Assembly: GCF_964194155.1 (NCBI RefSeq)
Contig: NC_135890.1
Span: 95,294,001 to 95,358,000, forward strand
Origin: Cetorhinus maximus
Lineage: Eukaryota
DNA length: 64,000 nucleotides
Direction of reading: 5' to 3'
Part shown: positions 32,101 to 42,900 of the stretch, one piece after another
Numbering within the stretch: the first letter of the stretch is position 1
Layout: every line of letters begins with the position of its first letter
Position numbers and translations under genes: made by a program
Notes under the pieces: generated by a model
What the model saw: only the letters and a program-made list of their open reading frames with translations
The model's database searches: none
Told to the model about the DNA's origin: nothing

Positions 32101-34314
32101 AAAATATATTACTCGAGGGAATTTAAAATTATACGAACTAACTGTAGAATCTGTTCGCAACCTTTGGTATCATATTTGACCCCAAGATGAGCTTCCAAGC
32201 CCATATTTGCAACATTACTAAGATCACCCATTTCCACCTCTGTATTGTTGCTCAACTTCAGCCCTGTCTCAGCTCATTTGTTGCTGAAACCGCATTTGTG
32301 CCTTTGTTACCTCTGGGCTTGACTATTCCAACGCATTCCTGGCTGGTCACCAAAATTCTACTGTCCCTAAAATTCTGCTGCCCATGTCTTGCACCATGCC
32401 ATGTTCAGCTACCACCCCTGTGCTCACTAGCCTGTGTTAGCTCCTGGTCAATCAACATCTTAATTTTACAATTCTCATATCTTGTTTTCAAATCCCTCGC
32501 ATGTCCTCGTCCTTCCCTATCTCTATAATTTCCTACAGCCCTTCGTGATGCCTACACTAATCTAATCCTGGCCTCTTGAGCATCCCTGACTTTAAATCGC
32601 TTCACATTGATGGCTGCGCATTCAGTTGCCTAAGCCATAAACTCTGGAATTCCTTCCTTATGCGCCTCTACCTCGCTTTCCTCCTTTTAAGACACTCCTT
32701 AAAACCTACATCTTTGACTAAGCTTTTGATCATCTTACCTCCTTATGCATCTCAGTGTCATATTTTGTTTCATAATGCTCCAGCGAAATGCCTAGAGACT
32801 TTTAAGTTGTTGTTCAAGGTGATGCAGCTTCCTGCCTCTTCCATCCATTGTACAACACTTAATATGGGATCCTGGTGTTCAAATGGAAAACTCACCTGTA
32901 GAAGGAAAGTCTCTTAAAATTCACATTTATACTTTATTGAAGAGCCAAAACAATACAATTTTTATATTCCTTCAATCAAGGATCATCCTGAATGACTGTC
33001 ATTAATTGGCAGTGAACTACTCCACTTCAAAGCCAGACCCGGCAGTGGATGGCTAAAGCTGTTGCCTGAAACCTTGAGACCAATTTCTGCAAGTTCGATG
33101 GAATGTGAATGCAGATTCTACAGCTAGTTCCTATAGTTTTAAATTTCCTTGAGTAATATATTTTAAACTATTTGAAAGAAACCAACTGTGATCCTCTTCT
33201 GAATGTTGCAGTGTTCTGCAGTTTGCAGTAACAGTTGGCATTTTATACAGCTTATCACGACTGGCTTTTCACCTAGTCAGCTAGATATTGAAGAATGAGA
33301 AAGAAGTAACAGTTGAACATGTCCTAAGTGGGCATACTGTAAACCAACGGAGGACTGCATGCTCAGTTGTTAATTTTATTCAGGAACAAGACCAATAAAT
33401 TTTTGAACACCAAGGAGATCTAGGGATATGTAGAGAGGATGGGAAAGTGCAGTTGAGGTAGGAGGTCAGCTACAGTCTTAGTGAATGACAGAGCAGGCTT
33501 GATGGGCTATGTGGCCTATCCTTCCTTGATGGGCTGGGTTGTCATATTTGAGTAGAATGGGCCCATATTCTCCGAAGTTTAGAATAATGAGTGGTGTTCT
33601 CATTGGGCCGTATAAAATTCTTGGTGGGCTTGATAGTGTGGATACTGAGAGGCTGTTTTCCTTGGCTGGAGTGTCCAGAACTAGAGGTTGATCATTTAGG
33701 GCTGAGATGAGAAGTATCTTCATTCAGAGAGTTGAAAATCTTTGAAATTCTCTACACTAGAGGACTGCATGCTCAGTTGTTAATTTTATTCAGGAACAAG
33801 ACCAATAAATTTTTGGACACCAAGGAGATCTAGGGATATGTAGATAGGATGGGAAAGTGCAGTTGAGGTAGGAGGTCAGCTACAGTCTTGGTGAATGACA
33901 GAGCAGGCTTGATGGGCTGTGTGGCCTATCCTTCCTTCCTAAGTTATTGTGAACCAATATTAAAAAATGCCCATGAAAAGGTCTGTGGCCCACAGTGTCA
34001 TCAGCTGAAAAATGTTGTAGCAATCTGAAGGTAAGTCTGCCTTGTGTTACACAACTTGTAACTGTCAAAACACATTGAGAGGCCTGAATTGTCTGGATGT
34101 GTTATTTTATTGTAATTATTTTATTTTGAAGGATGAGGAAGAGATAGGAACCCCAATACCAAATCCTGATGAAAGTTTCAAAACTCTAAAGCAGCAGGAA
34201 GAAGTATTCAGGAACTTGGATGCTCAGTATGAGATGGCACGATCACAAACGCACACACAAAGAGGCATGGGCCTGGGTTTCTCCTCTTCGATGAGAGGAA
34301 TGGACGCAATTTAA
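1729..34314 (+). CDS. RSRC2: Arginine/serine-rich coiled-coil protein 2; join(1729-1734,7527-7947,9315-9361,12043-12233,12508-12924,15592-15699,17236-17318,21129-21352,30963-31052,34132-34314), 589 aa
   Basis: Phase-consistent exons; motifs FRGRNAAMDAQEALARRLERAKKLQEQ, GSVLNVAALLASGTQVTPQIAMAAQMAALQAKALAETG, WEKLNFGNKDQNVKFRKLMGIK, FRNLDAQYEMARSQTHTQRGMGLGF are recognisably RSRC2; adjacent to ZCCHC8 as in other vertebrates. Confidence 0.96.
3284..3538 (+). mobile_element. Penelope-like family B 3' fragment / pLTR
   Basis: Homologous to 53320-53570, which directly follows GIY-YIG C-terminal coding remnants. Confidence 0.75.
3481..3516 (+). ncRNA. Minimal type I hammerhead ribozyme motif
   Basis: ttgtc-CTGAGGA-gt gcaag at-GAAA-agct-TC^ggcaa: stem I ttgtc/ggcaa, 2-bp stem II, palindromic AAGCTT stem III; predicted cleavage after C3511. 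Confidence 0.7.
3863..3978 (+). other. RSRC2: Candidate frameshifting (poison) cassette exon in RSRC2 intron 1
   Basis: tttttgttcaacag| 116 nt GAAG|gtgagc; inclusion shifts the frame to a TAG early in exon 2. Confidence 0.5.
4850..5270 (+). mobile_element. tRNA-headed Deu-domain SINE (SacSINE1/AmnSINE-like)
   Basis: Degenerate A/B boxes then Deu-like core cagatgaagcgttatactgaggccctatctgctctcaggtgg. Confidence 0.7.
6325..6770 (+). mobile_element. L2 LINE 3' end
   Basis: ITTVLADLHFL..NFKILILVFKSIHGLGPPSLCNLLQ..AFSCLGPTRWNPL, typical L2 ORF2 C-terminus. Confidence 0.8.
7194..7324 (-). mobile_element. Penelope family A 3'-end fragment with 11-bp TSD
   Basis: Reverse complement of 1270-1396; tggtaagatag at 7183-7193 and 7325-7335. 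Confidence 0.8.
7527..7947 (+). CDS. RSRC2: RSRC2 exon 2
   Basis: caacag|GCA AAT GAC (ANDTEQDDLVLKK...REKKRKS) G|gtgtgt. Confidence 0.9.
7653..7940 (+). repeat. Coding minisatellite, 8 x 36 bp (SRSRSRSREKKR)
   Basis: Unit tctaggtcaagatcacgatctagggaaaagaaacgg, exactly 8 periods. Confidence 0.95.
8640..8840 (+). mobile_element. CR1 LINE 3' end
   Basis: aatatttttaaggcagaggtaaatagattcttg...gaggggccgaatggcctactcct 3' tail. Confidence 0.7.
9315..9361 (+). CDS. RSRC2: RSRC2 exon 3
   Basis: ttttccag|...(E)SESRKPRQSRSRSKE|gtaatt. Confidence 0.88.
9730..9812 (+). other. RSRC2: Poison cassette exon in RSRC2 intron 3
   Basis: actcag|CGT GCT TAT...AAA TAG(9781)...AAAG|gtaaat; CpG- and GAAGA-rich 83-nt island in an AT-rich intron. 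Confidence 0.7.
12043..12233 (+). CDS. RSRC2: RSRC2 exon 4
   Basis: aaacag|EQRRDLKEK...DKGRERLSSTENGEDR...SRSRE(R)|gcaagt (GC donor). Confidence 0.9.
12508..12924 (+). CDS. RSRC2: RSRC2 exon 5 (RS-repeat exon)
   Basis: ctctag|G RHRSREKKK...RIKSRSRSRSRHRIHRSRSRS(K)|gtaagt. Confidence 0.92.
12542..12856 (+). repeat. Coding minisatellite, 15 x 21 bp (SRSRGRR)
   Basis: Unit tcgaggagccggggcaggcgc; five identical copies at 12668-12772. Confidence 0.95.
13490..14590 (+). mobile_element. Decayed CR1 LINE fragments
   Basis: KSSVLLRLYNTLARPQLMYC, STRGHRFEV, FKQELDKYLKGK. Confidence 0.75.
15592..15699 (+). CDS. RSRC2: RSRC2 exon 6
   Basis: ttgtag|...RTPPAFRGRNAAMDAQEALAR(R)|gtaact. Confidence 0.92.
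17236..17318 (+). CDS. RSRC2: RSRC2 exon 7
   Basis: cccag|G LERAKKLQEQKEKELLEKQKVEQPDVA G|gtaatt. Confidence 0.92.
18447..18488 (+). CDS. RSRC2: Candidate extra 42-nt in-frame RSRC2 exon (DTTNGSLVSVNQPT)
   Basis: tttattttcaacag| ... ACAG|gtagga; symmetric phase 1, open frame. Confidence 0.55.
18800..19230 (-). mobile_element. Decayed CR1 fragment
   Basis: Reverse-complement similarity to CR1 at 41900-42330. Confidence 0.6.
19235..21020 (-). mobile_element. Old copy of the APE-RT LINE found at 22245-25410 (3' part), interrupted by a Penelope insertion
   Basis: Colinear similarity with 22245-23400 (ttcattctcaggatgtggg..., gaagcagctgaagatg...). Confidence 0.75.
20112..20821 (-). mobile_element. 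Penelope family A 3' fragment (GIY-YIG C-terminus + pLTR), 10-bp TSD
   Basis: RLGDHFAEHLRSVRKHDPGLPVACYFN...LEEQHLIFQLGTLQPSGL; ttctgagaaa at 20102-20111 and 20822-20831. Confidence 0.88.
21129..21352 (+). CDS. RSRC2: RSRC2 exon 8
   Basis: taacag|(V)SSGSVLNVAALLASG...KRKLLWQNKKEG|gtgagt. Confidence 0.95.
22245..25412 (-). mobile_element. Near full-length ~3.2-kb single-ORF LINE (APE + RT, CR1/L2 group) with tRNA-like 5' head; degraded
   Basis: APE (PKLGELSDRLVKQQPD; WVGDFNVHHQDW) and RT (ALDIEAAFDRVWHQG; GVPQSSVQDPTIFSCFINDL; MFTDD) fragments; A box TGGTGTAGTGG (25402-25392) and B box GGTTCAAATCC (25333-25323). Confidence 0.9.
25545..26285 (-). mobile_element. CR1 LINE 3' fragments
   Basis: Reverse-strand LFSLEK.RLRGDL-type coding and CR1 3' tails (ccattcggcc, gaagtaggcc). 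Confidence 0.7.
26565..27630 (-). mobile_element. CR1 LINE fragment with nested Penelope fold-back
   Basis: RRLGLHSLGFRRMRGDLIEAYKILIGLNR on - strand; 3' tail cataagaaatagg. Confidence 0.75.
26889..27079. mobile_element. Penelope family A fold-back (two inverted pLTR ends), 11-bp TSD
   Basis: gctggaaaatctcagcaggtctggcagcatctgtggagag and its reverse complement; ttttctgcatc at 26878-26888 and 27080-27090. Confidence 0.85.
27690..28430 (+). mobile_element. Highly decayed CR1 RT fragment
   Basis: FLKLFDKMPHKWL..WLGSWLTEKK..SGVTNG..DDLDLGVGKTISKFAN. Confidence 0.7.
29110..30150 (-). mobile_element. Decayed CR1 fragment
   Basis: LKKQVLLFLEQKRLTGDFKVFKIVKIFDRVNRNKL on - strand. Confidence 0.65.
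29551..29806 (+). mobile_element. tRNA-headed SINE / 5' end of the 22245-25412 LINE family
   Basis: A box TGGCATAGTGG, B box GGTTCGAATCC; colinear with the reverse complement of 25165-25412. Confidence 0.8.
30963..31052 (+). CDS. RSRC2: RSRC2 exon 9
   Basis: ttcaag|DKSQTAELWEKLNFGNKDQNVKFRKLMGIK|gtgagt. Confidence 0.95.
31330..32820 (+). mobile_element. Decayed L2 LINE
   Basis: RT remnants (PRIYA.PHP ~ GVPQGS region; HMCADNTQLY) and MSFQAHICNITKITHFHL..., DGCAFSCLSHKLWNS. Confidence 0.75.
33351..33937 (+). repeat. CR1 3' end with 177-bp local duplication (33351-33527 / 33761-33937)
   Basis: Two copies differing at about 4 positions, 410 bp apart. Confidence 0.85.
34132..34314 (+). CDS. RSRC2: RSRC2 last coding exon
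   Basis: ttgaag|DEEEIG...TQRGMGLGFSSSMRGMDAI* (TAA 34312-34314). Confidence 0.95.
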   Translation, partial: DEEEIGTPIPNPDESFKTLKQQEEVFRNLDAQYEMARSQTHTQRGMGLGFSSSMRGMDAI

Positions 34315-34871
34315 GAACAAACATTGTACTTGTGCTTAAGCACGTGATTTTTTTTATATCGTCTTCGTCCATGTTGGAGATTTAAAGCTTCATCTTGACT
34401 TTCACTTTCCCATTTACTGAAAAAGCTAGCAATCTAGCTTGCATGGTTGTTGCAATGCAAAATAATTTATTAAAAAGGTTTTGATTGTAAAGATAACTGG
34501 GTGTATCAACAATCATACTGTGATAGTTACTCTTCCTAAACATTGGGACTTCATTGAAGAAAGAGTTGATGGCAATGTTTTGCAACTAGGAAAAGGAAGT
34601 TCTATCATATCTTTTTTTCTTTTTATGTGTTTGAAGTGATGTACGCAGACTGGATTCAAACAGCCCAATGTCATTCATATTTTGTTGTAATACTTCATGT
34701 TGCTGTATTATGTGATTGCTTTTGTACTAAAACTTGTACAGTTATTTTCATCTTTTGAAATGCAAATGATGAATGTGTAGTTGTAAATTAGGATTTAGTT
34801 TGTATGTAAGTACTTATTCCAGTGCTGAAAAGCACTTTATAGTGCACTGTTCATTATCAAGCTTTCTGGAC

Positions 34872-34877
34872 AATAAA
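34872..34877 (+). terminator. Candidate RSRC2 polyadenylation signal
   Basis: AATAAA about 560 nt downstream of the stop in a U-rich 3' UTR (ATTAAA also at 34469). Confidence 0.5.
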
Positions 34878-35239
34878 TGGATGATTTTCAAAACAGGCAC
34901 TAATTTAATGAGATCAGGAATGCTCTGTGACCATGACCAGAATTCTATCACCAACAGATATGTTGTATGCAAGTTAAGAGGTTATCCTTTCCTACCCACT
35001 TCTCAGTCTCATCATTTTGACCAAGCTTTCAGACATCCCTAACAATTGAACCATGGCTCAGTATTTCTTCAGACTTTTTTGCCTTCTGTAAAGCATCTTA
35101 GGATGTTATATAAATGTTAGTTATAGAATAGCCTGCCAAAAGTCACAGTCTAGGCTAACATATTTGGGAGTTAATGTTATAGTTTCCATCCTTACAGCAA
35201 TCCCCCTGCCAGACCTTCAGCAAATGAGGGAAAAAATGG

Positions 35240-35560
35240 TAAGAAAAATTTCCATTTGTATAGCACCTTTCCTGACCTCTGCATTTCCCAAAGCAATTTA
35301 TACCCAACAAAGCACTTTGGGAGCTTTGTCACCCTTGTATGAAATTGGGCCTGTCAATTTCTGCAAAATATGCTGTTTGAGAGAGCCATGTCAAAATGAT
35401 CAGATAATCTTTAGTGATATTTGAGGGATGAATAGGCAAGACAATGGGGATAGCTTCCTTGCTGTTCAGAATAGTTGAATGGGATCTTTTATCTCCAGCT
35501 GAGAGAACAGGCAGAGCCTCGGTTTAATATCTTATCTGAAAGATGCCACTACTGACAGTG
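35240..35560 (-). mobile_element. Deu-domain SINE
   Basis: gggatcttttatctccagctgagag...gcctcggtttaatatcttatctgaaagatg is the reverse complement of the Deu core. Confidence 0.65.
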
Positions 35561-36429
35561 CAAATGATGGCTAACAATGCTTTGACATGCTTGAGAGCTA
35601 TTGCAGTCTACAATTCCTGCAATATCTGTGATTCTAAAATAAGATCTAAGGAATCATTCAAAGATGGGTGGGAAAGCAGGAAGAATGAACATACTGGATA
35701 AGATTCATGGTGAGAAAGACTGTACCAACATTGGCGCATCTATTTACCTATTATTGGTGCACATTCAGTGCATCATTGCTATTCAGTAGTTATAGATACA
35801 AGTCCAGGCTTACAATGATTGGTGAGATATTGCAGGACTGCTGTCATCCATGGTACTACATGCCCACAAAATCAATAGCATAAAAATAACCTGCATAGAG
35901 GGTTGAATTTGTGGTGGAAAGAAACCAACTGAATTGTTTCTTGAAATGGTCCTTTGAAAATTAAATACTGAAACACCCAGTAGCCCTTACAAGTGTTGAA
36001 TGCCTGCAGATTGTCTCCACAATATTCAAAGCACTAATTCTCAACAGAAACCAAAGCTGCTCCTGGAGTCAGTGATACTTCCATGACATAGGGAGGGAGA
36101 ACAATGAACCAAAATATGTCTGTATAAGAAAGAAGTTATACGAAGAACATCTGAGTAGTTTTGTTTCTAAAAATAGTAGATGGCAGGAGGATAGCTAGTT
36201 TTTCCTTTCAAGTGGTTGTACACAAACAACCAGAATGACTAAAGTTAATTGCAGGAGAACAATATGTGAGTGTGGTTAAGCAAAAGGAGACTCGTCTTTC
36301 GTGTCTGAAGACATCTGAGAGATTCCTCTGCTTTTCCCTGTTATCTAGCTTACCTGCTCATCGTATGTTCATATAACATTTACATTATTTAGAAACTACA
36401 GATAATGTAAGAGCATTAAAAACAGCATG

Positions 36430-36835
36430 GAGCTTCACTAACAGCAAAGATGTTAAAAGACAGTGAGTAAAACTGAACTATGCAGATCTGTAAGATTACT
36501 GACTTGTGATATGGGTGCTACAATTGATGGAGCGCTTTTGAGCCTGGCAAAAATAGCAATTTGTAGGTCCAGGATGGGTGAGTTACTCCTAGTTGCCTGC
36601 CTCTCTTCTGTGCCCTTATCTGTGCCTGGGTGAACCTGGAGAGAGGCGGCTGTGGGAGTCAGTGGACTTAAGAGACGAGATAGAAAAAAGTCAGTACAGT
36701 GGGGTAGAAACAAGCTAAAATGATAGGTCTACCAGGGCAGACCTGTTTGTGGATCTTGAGATAAGTGGCCTTTTTGGGGGTGGAGGATTATTTGGTTGGA
36801 AGCTCTGGTGCAATGGCTTGATATACCAGTATGCT
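36430..36835 (-). mobile_element. Penelope RT fragment
   Basis: KIHKQVCPGRPII-type RT motif on - strand; similar to 38225-38395. Confidence 0.6.
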
Positions 36836-37039
36836 TGATGCCTTCAATACCATAAGGTATAGAGTGTTTCCTAGACAATTGTGTTAGAATTTAATTGAGA
36901 AGGTTCCTTTTGCTTTTGTTTCAAACTTTTTTTGGCTTTTAGTTTGATTGAACCATATGTTTCTCACAGTGGTATATAAGCATCACTTATGATAATTCTT
37001 TTTTTGGTGACCTTGGGCATTCCAGTGTAACCCTTACAA

Positions 37040-38580
37040 GAGCAAAATACTGCAGATGCTGGAAATCAATTAAAAATAGAAAATGTTGGAAGTACTCAGC
37101 AGGTCAGGCATCTGTGAAGAGAGAAACAGAGTTAACATTTCAGGTTGGTGACATTTCATCAGAACTGGGAAATGTTACAAATAGTTTTAAGGTTGAGATT
37201 TTATGCAAGTGAAAGGGGGAGGGGTTTAAAAAAGAGTAAAAGAGAAGGTCTGTGATAAGGTGAAAGACAGAAGAGATTAAATGACATGGGTTGGCAGTAC
37301 AAGGCCAATGGAGCGGTAATGGGACAAACAAGATGTGCCCAGAGGAGGTGTGAATAGCAGAAATTGATTAGCTGTCCCTGAAAGGGGCAAAAAAACAGGA
37401 CTATAAAACCAAAGCCTGCAAAGAAAAAGGAAACAAAATGGGGGCAGAGGTTACGGTCTGATGTTGTTGAACTCAATGTCAAATCCAGAAGTCTATAACA
37501 TGCCCAGATGAAATGCTGTCCCCCAAGCTCGTGTTGATCTTCACTGAACAATGCAAGAAGCCAAGGACAGAGAGCAAAGTGGAGAATTAAAATGATAGGT
37601 GACCAACAGCTCAGCCTCAAGCTTGCAGACTAAATGGAGGTGTTCTACAAAGCGGTCACCCAATCTGCATTTGGTCTCTCCAACATAAGAGCAGACTATT
37701 GTGCATGAATATCATAAATTAAATTGGGTGCATGTAAATCGCTGTTTCACCTGGATGGAGTGTTTGGGGCCTTGGATGGTGATAGAGGAGGTAAAAGAGC
37801 AGGTATGCATCTCCTGCATTTGCATGGAAAGGTGCTATGAGAAGGGGAGAGATTGTTGAAGGTGATTGAAGAGTGAATCAAGGTGTTGTAGAGGGAATGT
37901 TTCCTTTGGAATGCTGATAGGAGAGGGGAAGTTCTGTTTGGTGTTGCTGAAGATGGCAGAAATGACAGCGGGTGATGGGTGGAAGGTGAGGACAAGCATA
38001 ATCCTATCATGGGTCTGAGAGGGAGGGGAAAGAGTGAAAGCAGAAAAGTGGGAAATGGGACAAACATGTTCAAGAGCCATGTCAATCACAGTGGGGAATC
38101 CTTAGTTGAAAAAGGAAGACATCAGAAGTGCTGGTATGGAAGGTTACATCATCAGAAGAGATGAAATGGAGAAACTAGGGAAATGGAATGGAAGCAAGGT
38201 GTGAGAAAATGTAGTCAAGGCAGCGGACTTAATAAGAGACTAGAAAGAAGTCAGTACAGTGGGGTAGGAACAGGCTAAAATTATAGGTCTACCACGGCAG
38301 TCATGTTTGTGGATCTTGGGAAGGAGATAGAGGCAGCCTTTTTGGGACTGGAGGATTATCTGGTTGGAAGCCCTGGTGCAATGTCTTGATATTCCGTAGT
38401 GGGGCAATATCTGGGGAACTAAGAGAAAGTGTTGGTGTTTGGCTCAACAAGGTAGAGGTTGGTTTGCCAGACAACAGATTTGATTAAAATGTTAGGAATG
38501 GAGAACAAGAGTGCAGCAAGTTTGGAGGGAGGCAGGTTAGAGTGAGTGAGAGGAGCAGAGAAATTGAGATGGCTTATGAT
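37040..38580 (-). mobile_element. Older, internally deleted Penelope family A element
   Basis: PKIHKHDCRGRPII RT motif, PPSQTHDRIMLVLTFHP, GIY-YIG remnants, pLTR with CTGATGA...GAAA at ~37162-37138. Confidence 0.8.
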
Positions 38581-39099
38581 CAAGAGGGATACATACTATT
38601 ATTGTACTTTTTTAATATTAGTGTGAAAGACAAATAATATGTAAACGTAAGATGACAATTTAAGATGCAATTCATGGATATGGGTCTCTTTTCAGACAAT
38701 CCTAGTAGATTAATGGATCCACAGTTTAGTATCCAAATCATTCTTAACAGTCCAAAACATAAACAAGGTCCAGATCCAAAATATAAACTTGTCTTCCCTT
38801 CACTGATGCGGACCTGTCGTGTGTTTGCAACATTTGTCTTTGTTTCAAACGTCCAGCATCTACAGTATTTTGCGTTTCTCATTCTTAGTCTATTGTTCAA
38901 GTTGCCCCCACCCCAAACCATTCCTGACAACAAACCAAGGATATGGTAATTAAATTTTAATGAAATAACATCTCCAAATGTCTGTGTAGACTTCTAAAAT
39001 GACTTTTTACTGTTCAAGATTATTCAACTTCTTCAAAAGATACCTAAATTGAAGCAGTGACATCTAGTTTAAATACTATCCAAACGCCTACCTAAAAAC

Positions 39100-39993
39100 T
39101 TATTTACATATCAAACTAGAATACAAAACATGAGCTACACCAGTGATTAGATTATGATTGGCAAACTCTAATATAAGCAGCACTATAGGATATTCACTTT
39201 GACGTTTCCACAAGGCAGAATTATCATCAAGCCCCATCCAGCTTAACAGCAAAACCTTCATTGCTTCAGGAAATAGTTTGTCTACCAATTCCTCAGCAGG
39301 TGGTAAGTCTGTGATTCTGTCGATGTGAGTTGTTTTAAACTCTTCTACTTGTCTGCTGATAGAGGCATTCGCAGAATAAAACTGATGACCCAACCAATTA
39401 CTTACAGTATAAAGCATGTGACTACAATAAATAGAATTAACCCCTGTTTCAGTGGTTTCTGTTTTGATAATGAAGTCTTGAAGATGAGTCAGAAGTTGCA
39501 GCATCATATCAGCCAACTTCTGTGCAGATATGTTTTCACTTATTAGGAGTTCTACAAAATCAAGTAACAGTGTAATTGCTTTCTTGTGTTCCTTTTGTAT
39601 TTGCAAAGGTAACATTTTAAAAGCCTGATAAACTGACCTAAACTTGATAGATAAAGAATCATAACCCAAAACCTCCACATATGATGAGTTATCTGCACAA
39701 AGTTCTTCAGTTTGTTGTAAAATTCTTTCCTCTTGTACACAATAGTTATGGTCATCCTGATTAAAAATACTGTTGCAAGTAGGATCGAAGGGTGAAGCAG
39801 CTTCCTGATATACATTAACATCAGATACCAAATTAGCACCTTGAATGCTTGAATGTAATACGTTGGAACTTTTGTGGTTCTTCATTTCAGGAATGCAATT
39901 TTCAAGCAATTCTTCTTTAGGGAAGTTTTGCAGAATCTTAACATCATATTTTTCATTCAGAATGGGGTCATTTATTCTCGCTTTCCACAAATC
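39100..39993 (-). CDS. Uncharacterised gene, last coding exon (297 aa + stop)
   Basis: 894-nt open frame after tctttttcttgtgatag acceptor. Confidence 0.9.
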   Translation of the reverse strand, partial: DLWKARINDPILNEKYDVKILQNFPKEELLENCIPEMKNHKSSNVLHSSIQGANLVSDVNVYQEAASPFDPTCNSIFNQDDHNYCVQEERILQQTEELCADNSSYVEVLGYDSLSIKFRSVYQAFKMLPLQIQKEHKKAITLLLDFVELLISENISAQKLADMMLQLLTHLQDFIIKTETTETGVNSIYCSHMLYTVSNWLGHQFYSANASISRQVEEFKTTHIDRITDLPPAEELVDKLFPEAMKVLLLSWMGLDDNSALWKRQSEYPIVLLILEFANHNLITGVAHVLYSSLICK

Positions 39994-42900
39994 CTATCAC
40001 AAGAAAAAGAAAGTTATGGTAGCCCAAAGTATTAGACAGCCACATAGTTTGATTGAAAACAGAATTGCATTACTTTTTTGCAAAACATGACTTAACATTT
40101 CCGTCATCAATACAGTTGCAGTAAGGAATTCAGCAGTTTGTCAAGGCATATATCATTCATTGGTCTAAAAAACTCAATCCTCCAGTCTGGTCCTCATTGT
40201 ACTCTCTCGCTGCAACTGAACACATTTGTAACTGATATTTTAATTAATAGATCTCAAAAAGTTGAGTAATGCAACTTAAAATGATAATTACTTCATTATT
40301 TGCTTTATTAATGTGTATGTTGTAATACAAAGCTATAGCGCTTTACAATTTTTAAAGTTACGTTACATGAAGAACTAAAATAATGCCAAATAATGATTTA
40401 TAGCTGTGATCTAAACAATAGCTGAAAAATGTTTTACAATTGACATTTATTTCAAATGTTAATGGTACCTGAAGTACAACAAGGACTTCTAACTGTTGCT
40501 CTTTTGTGTACATCTCGAAAGCAACTCGAAACAGTCCCTGAATGCTATAAAACCACAAATTGTTCACAACAGTTGGTATCTTCAGTCCTTCAAATCGAAA
40601 TTCTGCAAAAAAATATTTTCAGAAATCATAAATATGAGAGAAAGAGAAATGGAGAAGAGCTAATCTGAGAGGAGGCTGCAATCAACTTCGTTGACAATCT
40701 GCAGATGTCAAGGGCAGCAAAGGAGGTTGCAGCAGAGGCCATCATCAGAAGTGGGGAAGTCACAGAAAAAGCTAAAGCCAGCAGGGGAAATGATATGTAT
40801 AAAAGAGGTAAAATTAGTCATGGAATAGTTGATTGCAAGTCAAAGGAAGTCATGAGAAAACTGTATAGCACTCTGGTTAAACCACAACTTGAGTACTGTG
40901 TCTGGTTCCGGTCATCAAAACAAATCGAGGCATTTAAGCCCTGGAAATAGGGCAGAGAAGAGCCATGTAGCTGATCCCTACTATCCGGGGTCTGAATTAT
41001 GAAAACAGACTGGAGAAACTTCAATGTTTCAAACTTGAAAAGAGGCATCTTATTGAAGTATGCAAGATAAATCTAATAAATTATTTTAAATAAAAGGTGT
41101 GTGAGGAGGACATCATCTTTCAGTCTTCCCTAGACTCAGAAGTGTTGCCAGAGGACTGGAGAATTGCAAACATTATGCCCTTGTTCAAAAAAGGTTGCAA
41201 GGATAAGCCCAGCAATTGTAGACCGATCAATTTAACTTCAGTGGTGGGCAAGATTCTAGAAACAATTATTCGGGATAGAATTGGTAGCCACATGAAAAAA
41301 AGGGGTGATAAGGAAGAGCCAGCATTGATTTCTAAAGGGGAAATCGCATTTATCTAACTTGCTGGAGTTTTTTGAAGAGGTAACAGAAAAGGTCAATGAG
41401 GGTAATGCTGTTGATGTGACGTATAGACTTTGAAAAGGCATTTGACACCACACATCCGATGTGAGAAAAGTTATTGCTCATGGAATAAAAGGGACAGTAG
41501 CAACATGGATACAAAATTGGCTGAACAATAGGAAGCAGAGAGTAATGGTCAATGGATATTTTTTGGGCTGAAGGAAAGTTTGTAGTGGAGTTCCCCAGGG
41601 TCGGTATTGAGACCCTTGCTGTTCCTGATATATATTAATGATCTAGATCTTAGTGTGCAGGGGACAATTTCAAGGTTTAGGAATGATACAAAGACTGGGA
41701 ATGTTTCGAACTGTGAGGAGGATGGTGTGGAGCTTCAAGAGGACATAGACAAGTTGGGGTGGGCAGATAGGTGGCAGATGAAGTTTAATGCGGAGAAGTG
41801 TGAGGTGATGCATTTTTGTAGTAAGAACATGGACAAATAATATAAAATAAGGGGTGAAATTTTGAAGGGGGTGCAGGAGCAGAAAGGCTTAGGTGTATAT
41901 GTGCATAGCTCATTGAAGGTGGCAGGACAGGTGGAGAGAGCAGTTAATAAAGCATATAGCATCCTGGACTTTATTAATAGGGGCATAAAATACAAGAGCA
42001 AGGAGGTTATGCTGAATTTATATAAGAACTAGTTAGACCTCAGGTGGAATATTCTGTACAGTTCTGGGCACCATATTATAGGAAGGATGTGAACACTTTG
42101 GAGAGTGCAGAAGAGGTTTACAAGAATGGTTCCAGGGATAAGAAGCTTCTGCTATGAGGATAGATTGGAAAGGTTGGGACTGTTCTCCTTGGAGAGAAGA
42201 AGGCTGAGAGGAGATTTGATTGAGATATTCAAAATCATGAGGGGGCTGGACAGAGTAGATAGGGAGAGGCTGTTCCCACTCGTAAAAGGATTAAGACCAA
42301 GAGGGCACTGATTTAAAGTGATTTGCAAAAGAAGCAAGTGTGACATGAGAAAAAACTTTTTCACACGAGTGGTTCAGGTCTGGAATGTACTACCTGGAAG
42401 TGAGGTGGGCGCAGGCTCAATCGAGGCATTCAAGAGGACATTAGATGATTACTTGAATAGAAACAATACAAGGATACAGGGGAAAGGCAGGGCAATGGCA
42501 CTAGGTCCTAATGCTCATTTGGAGAGCCAGTGCAAACATGATGGGCCAAATGGCCTCCTTCCGTGCCATTAAGATTCTGTGACAAAAGAGACATCATTTC
42601 AAACTCGTTAAAGCAGATATTACTTGATATCAGCAAGGTTTTTTCATCCTGCAAAGAATGATCACTATACACATTGGACTTCCAAACAGAAAAGTGGAGT
42701 TGAATACCATGGACTTATTTAAGAAGCAAATGGATAAGAAGCAATGGGAGGCCTTTAGGGTCATTCTGCAAGAACAAACCAGGACTGATGAACTAAGATG
42801 CGCTAAATGGTCTTCATCAAACTTAATTATCTTGTGTATATGGAAGACACAGCTAAAGTGAGTTGTCACACTTGTTTTCCTTCTACAGATCTGCAACCTC

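Noticed and set aside
36662-38395. Direct repeat 36662-36825 / 38225-38395 resembling LTRs
   Set aside because: Both are the same Penelope RT segment (KIHK..GRPII) from separate fragments, not LTRs
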